A stretch of 64,000 bases of DNA from Eledone cirrhosa (taxonomy: Eukaryota): NCBI GenBank assembly GCA_964016885.1, contig OZ024751.1, positions 49,972,001-50,036,000 on the forward strand, given 5' to 3'. Positions 1 through 7,363 of the stretch are shown one piece after another. The notes under the pieces were generated by a model that had not been told where the DNA came from, did no database searches, and saw only the letters and a list, made by a program, of their open reading frames with translations. Both the position numbers and the translations under genes were made by a program. Within the stretch, counting starts at the first letter, position 1. Every line of letters begins with the position of its first letter.

Positions 1-122
1 TTAAAGGACTTGAACATCTGAAACTACTTCGCTTTTCCTTATTCGATATTTACTCCGTCACTCCTATGTGGAAAAAGTACGTTGAGTGCTTGAATTGAAT
101 TGCATCAATGTTTACCCTAAGA

Positions 123-155
<33 letters not shown>

Positions 156-241
156 TATATATATGTACATATATATATGTATATATATATTAACGTATAT
201 ATATATATATGTGTGTGTGTGTATTTATATATATATATATA
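123..241. repeat. (TA)n microsatellite with short (TG)n/TGTACA interruptions
   Basis: Directly visible dinucleotide runs in the left flank. Confidence 0.95.
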
Positions 242-717
242 TGTTTTTTTGTTTTTTTTTTCGTAATGTATTGTTTAAAATATAACCAAATTTCCTCTCT
301 CGTGTAGTATATAGAATATGGAAGCACGTAATATCAGTTTCGATGTATCAGAATGAATTAAAATTAGCCCTGGGAGTTATCGGGTTCCATATACAACCGG
401 TGCAATAGCTGGAGGAATACACTGGCGACACAGCATTTCAAATCCCATCAAATATTAAAATATGGGGAAATAAGAACAATTCAGAGTTATAGGGAAGGTA
501 AAATAAATGGTTAGTAACACTACCTCTTATTTATATAAGAGAAATCAGCTTTATTAACAAAAGAGCTTATGAATACACGAATCGACATGTAGATTGAAGA
601 GAATTATGAATGCAATAAAGAATATGAATCATTTACAAAGCAGGAAGTGACCCAGCAAAACAGAATGTGCTTAGACAATCGACAAGCAGAAATCGATCAA
701 GTACTTATTTGGAAAAT

Positions 718-753
718 GCTCATCGCCAAATGAAAGCTCATCGCCAAATGAAA
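718..753. repeat. 18-bp perfect tandem duplication (GCTCATCGCCAAATGAAA x2)
   Basis: 718-735 and 736-753 are identical. Confidence 0.9.
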
Positions 754-906
754 ACACTTAGATATCTTTTGAATATGCAGGGTATGATCAAGGAACCAAT
801 AAAGAGAATGAGGTTGAGCTTCTCAATGAAAACCAGTAGAATGACAATTTTGAAAAACACAACAAAGAAGCCAACTATTAAGAAGATACCCAAGGCCAAA
901 ATAGTT

Positions 907-999
907 TTCTTCTTCTTCTTCTTCTTCTTCTTCTTCTTCTTCTTCTTCTTCTTCTTCTTCTTCTTCTTCTTCTTCTTCTTCTTCTTCTTCTTCTTCTTC
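907..999. repeat. (TTC)31 perfect trinucleotide microsatellite
   Basis: Uninterrupted TTC run. It produces the spurious poly-F and poly-K ORFs in the ORF track. Confidence 0.97.
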
Positions 1000-1027
1000 T
1001 CCCTATTATCGTAAACAATAAATGAAA

Positions 1028-1088
1028 TCATTATTTTGTAACTATTATTATTATCATTATTATCATTATCATTATTATTATTATTATT
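1028..1088. repeat. ATT/ATC microsatellite at the left array junction (longest form of the inter-copy linker; probable target site)
   Basis: TCATTATTTTGTAAC-TATTATTATTA-TCATTATTA-TCATTA-TC(ATT)6, followed by GAATGCC. All internal linkers are shorter arrangements of these same blocks. Confidence 0.85.
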
Positions 1089-1302
1089 GAATGCCATGGT
1101 TGACGGAGGCTCGGCTCTGTAAGGTATAGTAATTTTTAACCGTTAAAACAATTGTAAATTGTTTAAAACTTGAACCAAATTGTTGATAAAGACACCCTCC
1201 TCCTCGTGAGAGGGGTCTTTCTGTCCGTTATTTGGCCCTTCGGGGTTAAATAACCAGTTATTGGGGTTTTGTACCCAATATTCATTTTAAACAAAAAACA
1301 AC
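1089..1302 (+). promoter_or_regulatory. Structured 5' leader/UTR of the element (present in all 11 copies)
   Basis: Consecutive inverted repeats at 1091-1127, 1146-1164, 1188-1220, 1227-1254 (12-bp stem with C-TTCG-G loop) and 1259-1280. Function is inferred only. Confidence 0.55.
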
Positions 1303-3399
1303 ATGGCTACGAAAAAGAAATTTCATACGTCACTCCCACTCATTCCGTCTTCTTCTTCCTCAATCATCACTACAGCAGAGAGAAGATTGTCTCTCTCCCT
1401 CCCTTCTTTAAATGTGTCTCTCTCCCTCCCTTCTCTTTCGCAAGCGACGAAAGAAAAGAAAAGTCTCGTGCAAAGCGTGCAAGGTTTCTCCACGACGACG
1501 ACGACAGCGACGAAACAGGTGTGCGGGAAATACGAAAACCCAGTTCATTCGTCTGACGTCAGGAATAATAGCAGTAGCAGCCGTAATAACAACAGCAACA
1601 GTGACAATGAAAACAACAGTAGCAGCCGCAACAGCATCACCAGCAGCATAAACAACAACAGCATTAGCAGCAGCAACACCAACAACAACCACAGCAACAG
1701 CGGCGGAGGCAGTAGTCGTAGTACCTGCAGCAACAACAAAAGTACCAGCAGCTCTGACGACAACAACAACAGCAGAGAAAAACCAATCTCATTTGCAGGT
1801 ATTGCGAAAAACTTGGAAACAATCCTCATAACAAATGAGGAATTAGAGGAAGCGAAGAAGATGGTGACAAAGAACGGACACCGAGCAATCTGCAAGGCAG
1901 CGAAAAATTTTTTCGAAACCCAAGAGCACTGTACGGTCACGTACCGTACAGTAAGTACAAAATCCCGTAGGGTGGAAAGAGCCACAGAGGCCCAAATACA
2001 AAAAGCCTTGGGGTCTGTGTGGCAGAGGAAAACGCACATCACCCGAGGCAAAAAATACGCCACCGTAGACGTACTTTTTGCCACACCCCAGGAGGCAAAG
2101 GCCCAATCAGTAGTGACCCTAAGGAGCGAGGAAATGGTGTTGGTGCCCTCCTACTGCGGGCAAAAAATTGTGAGGGTCAAACTGACCCACGTCCCCCCCG
2201 AAATGACCCCTTCTTGGCTGGCCGCGTCTGTCCTCGTCGGAATCGAGGACAAAACAACTGTACTGCAAGTACAGAAAAAAGTAAGAGAAGATTGGGTCGG
2301 CTCCTCCATTGAGATGCTAATCCAAACCAACCAGGAGTGCATCGAAGCTATCCCGGATGTGATAGACTTCGATAACGGCACTCAACTGCCCATAAGTGTT
2401 GAGGGCAAACGCCCGAAATGCTTTCGCTGTGGATCGAAGACTCACCTCAGGGCCTTCTGCAACGAGAAGACCCTGAGAAAGGAGAAAACCCCCCTCCTCC
2501 CGAATCCGGTTCCACGGCTACCAGCAACAGGACAAGCGGCAACCAGGAACGATAGGTCCGTGGCACCCATACCCACTCCACGGAAATCAAAGACAGCAGC
2601 AGCAGTGGAAATATTAACAACAACAACAGCAATACCAAATGCAGCTGCAACAGAGACTCCAGTGCAAACATCACCAACAACAACAAGTGAAAGAGTGGAG
2701 CTGGTACCCCTCCCCGACCTTACAGAATCAGACATGGAGTGTGAGGTGGGAGAGGGATGGCAAAAGGTCTCAAGAAGGCACAAACGCAGAAGCAGCGCAT
2801 CGTCGCCTTTGAAAAGGGAGGAAAGAAATGAGAAAAGGGTAAAGTCTACTGCAAAGAGACCCACAGCAGCAACACCACCAACACCATCACCACCCACACC
2901 AGCACCACCATCACCACCGGCGACAACCCCACCGCCAACAACACCTTCAACACCACCACCACAAGCACCAACATCGCAAACACAACAACAAAACACACAC
3001 ACCCAGCAACAACGACAAGAAAATAGCAGAACCACACCCCACCCCCAGAAAAACAAATGCACGGCAATAAACACACACAACAAGAAACTAATGACTTACA
3101 TAATTGAACACACAGACATTTCACAACAGGACTACATAATACCAGCACCAATCAAAACGCCAACTAACATAAGACTGCTAAAAATAGCACAGAAACAATA
3201 CACAAACATTAAAACGAAATTCCCCAACGCAGTTGGTGATTTCAGGGACCTAGGAGGAACCATTAATCGAAGAGTATATTCAGACATTCTCTTAGAAGAG
3301 CCGACGACCAGCCGAAGGGACGATTCAACGGTCCCTTCACCAGACGATCAAGTGAAAAGGGATGTAAAAACCATCCCTCCTCTACCAAAAATACGGTAA
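1303..3399 (+). CDS. ORF1p, gag-like nucleic-acid-binding protein (698 aa)
   Basis: CCHC zinc knuckle CFRCGSKTHLRAFC (2419-2460). It is preceded by an RRM-like region (KYATVDVLF..., IVRVKLTHVPPEMTPSWL). Ser/Asn and Pro/Thr low-complexity tracts and a basic GWQKVSRRHKRR motif are present. Lies directly upstream of an APE-RT ORF. Confidence 0.9.
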   Translation: MATKKKFHTSLPLIPSSSSSIITTAERRLSLSLPSLNVSLSLPSLSQATKEKKSLVQSVQGFSTTTTTATKQVCGKYENPVHSSDVRNNSSSSRNNNSNSDNENNSSSRNSITSSINNNSISSSNTNNNHSNSGGGSSRSTCSNNKSTSSSDDNNNSREKPISFAGIAKNLETILITNEELEEAKKMVTKNGHRAICKAAKNFFETQEHCTVTYRTVSTKSRRVERATEAQIQKALGSVWQRKTHITRGKKYATVDVLFATPQEAKAQSVVTLRSEEMVLVPSYCGQKIVRVKLTHVPPEMTPSWLAASVLVGIEDKTTVLQVQKKVREDWVGSSIEMLIQTNQECIEAIPDVIDFDNGTQLPISVEGKRPKCFRCGSKTHLRAFCNEKTLRKEKTPLLPNPVPRLPATGQAATRNDRSVAPIPTPRKSKTAAAVEILTTTTAIPNAAATETPVQTSPTTTSERVELVPLPDLTESDMECEVGEGWQKVSRRHKRRSSASSPLKREERNEKRVKSTAKRPTAATPPTPSPPTPAPPSPPATTPPPTTPSTPPPQAPTSQTQQQNTHTQQQRQENSRTTPHPQKNKCTAINTHNKKLMTYIIEHTDISQQDYIIPAPIKTPTNIRLLKIAQKQYTNIKTKFPNAVGDFRDLGGTINRRVYSDILLEEPTTSRRDDSTVPSPDDQVKRDVKTIPPLPKIR

Positions 3400-3434
3400 G
3401 TGGTCTTTCCCATCTTTTCCACTCTATTTTAAAC

Positions 3435-6400
3435 ATGACCTCACTCAGAATAGGCAGCATAAATGCGCGTGGCTTGGGGTCGTCATGGAAGCAGGGTCAC
3501 CTGCTCAACGACCTCAGGTCACTAAACATAGATGTAGTGGCCATCAGCGAGACCAGAATCTCCGAAGCACGGGCCTTCGCACCGATCTTCGGCGGCTACG
3601 ATGTGTACGCATCTCCCAGCCGTCCTGGATCGGGTGGAGGAGTTGCTGTGCTTTTTCGGAGAGGTTTGGATCTCGCCATACGGGCCATCTTCCTGGACCC
3701 AGAGGGTAAGCTGGTGGTGCTGGACGTGACCAGCGGAGACGGGCAAGCTTTCAGGCTAGTGGCCGTCTATGCCCCGACAGGAGCAGGGCGGCCTGATTTC
3801 TTCCGGCGTCTGGAGACCTTTCTTGGAACGTCCCGCTCTTTAGTGTTAGTGGGCGACTGGAACGGGATCTTAGATGCACGCTGGGACTGTGTGGGATTAG
3901 CGGATAGGGGTGGAGGGTGCAAGAGCCTCACCAACCTGCTCAGGCGTTTTGAACTGTCTGACAGGTACCGATTGGATTTCCCGAATGTGCCAATGTGGAC
4001 TTGGACAAACCGCATAGGGTCATCCAGATCATATCTAGATAGAGTATTTTGTAGGGAAATAGATAGGTCTAGCATAGGCTGTCCACAATTCAAGATAGTC
4101 AGCTACACGGACCACAAATTCGTGATCTGTGTGCTTGACTTAGATAGGCTTCATAGACGAGGACCCGGCTACTGGAAGCTAAACGCGTCCTTACCAGCGC
4201 GCAAGGCCTACAGAGACCGGATTAGCGAACTAGTTAAGCGGGCGTTGACGGGGGCCATCGTCAACAACAAGTGGTGGTTTGCTCTGAAAAGAGCGATTAG
4301 AATAGAATCGATTAGGTTTAGTAAGGCTTTAGCAATAGAGAAAAATAGAGCAGAGGGAGAACTAGTTAGAAAATTAGACGAGGCGCTTAGCAAAGGCATT
4401 GCGACCGACGTGCTTGCGGCGAAATTGGCCCTTGACCAATTCTTCAATGCAAAGCACGAAGGCTGCGTTGTCAGAGCTAGGGTGCGTGCTCTCAGACACG
4501 AGGGGACGAAAGCCGTTCAATGGGCCCGAGTGGCGGAGGCGCGTCGTGGCAACAAAGCCACGATCCGGTCTTTGGTGGACCACGACGGGCGCATGCTACT
4601 CGATCCCGGGCAAATGTGTGAAGCTTTTCAGCGACACTTCGCTCAGCTGTTCGGGGGCAGCGGGGGGCCGGGTAGAGGGATGGACTTTAGTGTCTACCTC
4701 GACGGGCTGCCGCGGCTCTCGGCCACTGAGGCGAGGTGTTGCGAAAAGCCGATAACAGCCGCTGAAGTACGGGAGGCAATGACTGGCTGCACAAGGGGTA
4801 AATCGCCTGGTTTGGATGGTCTGCCCTATGAACTTTACGTACAGATGCCAGACTTGTTCGGAGGCCTCTTGGCGGACGTCTACTGCAACTGGCAACAGAA
4901 CGGGAGAATTCCCAGTTCTGTGAGCCGAGGAGCGGTGGCACTGCTGAGAAAGGATCCGAACAAGGGGGATAACATAGACAATTTCCGGCCCATAACTCTG
5001 CTAAACACAGAGTTTAAGATTTTGGCCAAGGTGCTAGCAAAGAGGTTGGCGCTTGTCGTTGGTGGTCTGGTGGGAGAGGCGCAGACATGCGCCATTCCCG
5101 ACAGATCCATCCACGACAACCTCCACCTCATGCGATACATCGTAGAGAGGGTAGCTAGGGAACCTGGCACGGGTGGGTCCTTGATCAATTTAGATCAGTC
5201 GAAAGCTTTCGATAGGGTCGACCATCGTTACCTAGCGGCAGTCCTGAGGGCGGCTGGCTTTGGGCCCGTCTTCAGAGGCTGGATCGCTGCCATGCACAGC
5301 GACATCTGCTCTGTGGTGAGAGTGAACGGTCACCTGTCGGAACCGTTCAACATCATGCGCTCGGTCCGCCAAGGATGTCCCCTCTCGTCCCTCTTGTACG
5401 TATTGACTCTCGAGCCATTACTGCACAAACTGGAGACGTTGAGGGGAGTCCCGCGCGAACTAGGATGCGGAAGATCCGTGTCAGCATATGCGGACGATGT
5501 CACCGTAGTGGTGTCGAACGCCAAACACATCGAGGCGATCGGCACTACACTAAGAGAATACGAAGCGGTGACAGGAGCAATGATCAACCAGGAAAAGTCA
5601 GTGGGCCTGCAGCTCGGCACCTGGAGAGGCAGGTCCATGCCGTCCAACAGCGTCGTCGGGCGCTGGACGGACGGACCGGTTAAATTGCTAGGGGTCTGGT
5701 TCGGTCCGGACCTCCAGACGGACAAAAACTGGGACGAGGTGACGAGCAGGGTGGCTTCTCTCACCCAGAAATGGGCGGAGAGGAAGCTATCCCTGAAAGG
5801 TCGAGCGGAGGTGGCTAACGCGTACATCGCGTCTGTCATCTGCTACCGCCTAACCGTCGTACCTTGTCCTAAGCCTCGCCTGACTGCGCTGGAGCGTTTG
5901 CTCTTTCGCTTTTTGTGGAAGGGACGTGCTCCGATGGTCAGGCGGTCCATCTGTTGTCAACACCCGCTACGTGGAGGGCTGGGCATGCCGTGGCTGATGA
6001 TGCGCAGGCACGCGCTCAGGCTACGACATCTCCACCTCTTCCTCGACGGTGATCAGGTGTGGTCGCCGTTTGCTAGACGCGTTTTTCCCCAGCTCGTTTC
6101 CTTGACGGAGCTGCAGTCCTGGGTCAAGCGAAGACCGAGAGGGAGCGCCTGGAGACTGGAATGTCTTCAGGCGCTCACAGCCCTCGACCAATCGGGCAAT
6201 GTGATCGGTGGAAACTCCACCTCGGCGTTCTATAGAGGATTAGTGGAGGGGAAGAGCGACGACGTACTTGGGGAAACTCTAGGCGTCGACGAAAATCAAC
6301 TAGCCAATCTCTTCGGAAGAACTTTCGGGCCAGGGCCTATGGACAACTTCCAGAAATCTCTGGCCTGGCAGTGCTACCGAGGAGCCTTGCCAGTTCGGGA

Positions 6401-6854
6401 TAAACTCTACAGGCATGGAGGTGCCGTCAGCCGGGCATGTCCGAGATGCGCGCAGGGCGACGAAACCGTCCTGCACGCACTCGTCCAGTGTCCGAAAATT
6501 GCTGACTTGTGGGTTTATGTCGAACACCTGCTGTCGCGTTTAGGACGGATCCAGCTATCATCTGAGTCCATCGTGAGGATTGCCCCGCCCTCCTCCTTTA
6601 GCCGGGAAGGGCAGGCAGTTTTTATCTGTCTGGTGGCCATGGCGAAAGAGATAGTATGGTGGACACGTTTGAAAGGGCTGAAGACGAGCACTTACCTCTT
6701 CGGTGATGCTCTGATTGACTTTTTCAAATTTCATTTGAAAAGGAAAATCAGAGTAGAGAGGGAAGTGCTCTCTTCCCAGCATTTTGTTGAAAGATGGGTG
6801 AGAGAAGCAAGAATGGCCCGAGTGAATGGGCCGACTCTGAGTATATATCTGTAA
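3435..6854 (+). CDS. ORF2p: APE endonuclease + reverse transcriptase + C-terminal CCHC (1139 aa)
   Basis: APE motifs SINARGL, ISETR, GGVAVL, VYAP, GDWN, YLDRVF, TDH. Tx1/L1-type GPGYWKLNASL. RT motifs KSPGLDGLPYE, FRPITLLN, LDQSKAFDRVDH, RQGCPLS, YADD. C-terminal CPRC...HALVQC. Confidence 0.97.
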   Translation: MTSLRIGSINARGLGSSWKQGHLLNDLRSLNIDVVAISETRISEARAFAPIFGGYDVYASPSRPGSGGGVAVLFRRGLDLAIRAIFLDPEGKLVVLDVTSGDGQAFRLVAVYAPTGAGRPDFFRRLETFLGTSRSLVLVGDWNGILDARWDCVGLADRGGGCKSLTNLLRRFELSDRYRLDFPNVPMWTWTNRIGSSRSYLDRVFCREIDRSSIGCPQFKIVSYTDHKFVICVLDLDRLHRRGPGYWKLNASLPARKAYRDRISELVKRALTGAIVNNKWWFALKRAIRIESIRFSKALAIEKNRAEGELVRKLDEALSKGIATDVLAAKLALDQFFNAKHEGCVVRARVRALRHEGTKAVQWARVAEARRGNKATIRSLVDHDGRMLLDPGQMCEAFQRHFAQLFGGSGGPGRGMDFSVYLDGLPRLSATEARCCEKPITAAEVREAMTGCTRGKSPGLDGLPYELYVQMPDLFGGLLADVYCNWQQNGRIPSSVSRGAVALLRKDPNKGDNIDNFRPITLLNTEFKILAKVLAKRLALVVGGLVGEAQTCAIPDRSIHDNLHLMRYIVERVAREPGTGGSLINLDQSKAFDRVDHRYLAAVLRAAGFGPVFRGWIAAMHSDICSVVRVNGHLSEPFNIMRSVRQGCPLSSLLYVLTLEPLLHKLETLRGVPRELGCGRSVSAYADDVTVVVSNAKHIEAIGTTLREYEAVTGAMINQEKSVGLQLGTWRGRSMPSNSVVGRWTDGPVKLLGVWFGPDLQTDKNWDEVTSRVASLTQKWAERKLSLKGRAEVANAYIASVICYRLTVVPCPKPRLTALERLLFRFLWKGRAPMVRRSICCQHPLRGGLGMPWLMMRRHALRLRHLHLFLDGDQVWSPFARRVFPQLVSLTELQSWVKRRPRGSAWRLECLQALTALDQSGNVIGGNSTSAFYRGLVEGKSDDVLGETLGVDENQLANLFGRTFGPGPMDNFQKSLAWQCYRGALPVRDKLYRHGGAVSRACPRCAQGDETVLHALVQCPKIADLWVYVEHLLSRLGRIQLSSESIVRIAPPSSFSREGQAVFICLVAMAKEIVWWTRLKGLKTSTYLFGDALIDFFKFHLKRKIRVEREVLSSQHFVERWVREARMARVNGPTLSIYL

Positions 6855-7114
6855 ACTAAAGGTGGAAAACTGGGAGAGGGCACTTGCCTTGGTGGTCAGG
6901 GTCATTGTGGCTTTTTACTGGGCTTTCTCCACAAATGTCCCTCCGAAGTCTCCCCCCTATTGGGGAATTTTTCATTGTTATTTTCATTGTTATTTTTGTT
7001 ACATCCTCTGTTTTTGTTTTTTTACACGCAGAAATGCCCATTTGTACCGTCCTGCATTGTCCTGCACTGTCCTTAATGTCTACTTTATGTAAACCCTTGT
7101 GGTTAATAAAGAAA
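6855..7114 (+). promoter_or_regulatory. 3' UTR with AATAAA polyadenylation-type signal (7105-7110) and no poly(A) tail (same in all complete copies)
   Basis: U-rich region with short direct repeats (TTTTCATTGTTA, TGTCCTGCA). Ends AATAAAGAAA and runs directly into the ATT/ATC linker. Confidence 0.7.
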
Positions 7115-7363
7115 TCATTATTATCATTATCATTATTATTATTATTATTGAATGCCATGGTTGACGGAGGCTCGGCTCTGTAAGGTATAGTAATTTTTAA
7201 CCGTTAAAACAATTGTAAATTGTTTAAAACTTGAACCAAATTGTTGATAAAGACACCCTCCTCCTCGTGAGAGGGGTCTTTCTGTCCGTTATTTGGCCCT
7301 TCGGGGTTAAATAACCAGTTATTGGGGTTTTGTACCCAATATTCATTTTAAACAAAAAACAAC

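Larger units (their letters stand above)
1089..7114 (+). mobile_element. Tx1-like non-LTR retrotransposon, copy 1 (full length, intact)
   Basis: ORF1 with CCHC knuckle, ORF2 APE-RT-CCHC, no LTRs, no RNase H or integrase, 3' AATAAA. Termini are approximate. Confidence 0.93.

Noticed and set aside
330-900. Possible decayed coding or transposon fragment in the left flank
   Set aside because: Purine-rich but no recognisable motif or sustained ORF, so it cannot be supported without a database search.
667-1097. ORFs with poly-Phe (+) and poly-Lys/Asn (-)
   Set aside because: Translation artefacts of the (TTC)31 and (ATT)n microsatellites.
1191-1270. HDV-like ribozyme suggested by CCTCCTCGTG (resembles the L3 loop of R2/HDV ribozymes) followed by a P4-like UUCG hairpin
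   Set aside because: Could not build the nested double pseudoknot by eye: no clean P3 around UCCUCGU and no GG for P1.1 after a P1 strand. The segment folds more simply as a hairpin. No hammerhead CTGATGA/GAAA core was seen either.
1408-6905. Numerous short antisense and alternate-frame ORFs repeated in every unit (for example 179 aa Leu-rich, 213 aa Gly/Val-rich, 169 aa)
   Set aside because: Shadows of low-complexity or GC-rich sense ORFs. They recur only because the unit is repeated and have no recognisable motifs.
6862-7183. Possible ORF3 in the 3' UTR
   Set aside because: Non-ATG starts, and the frame changes between copies with a T-run length polymorphism, so it is not conserved as coding.
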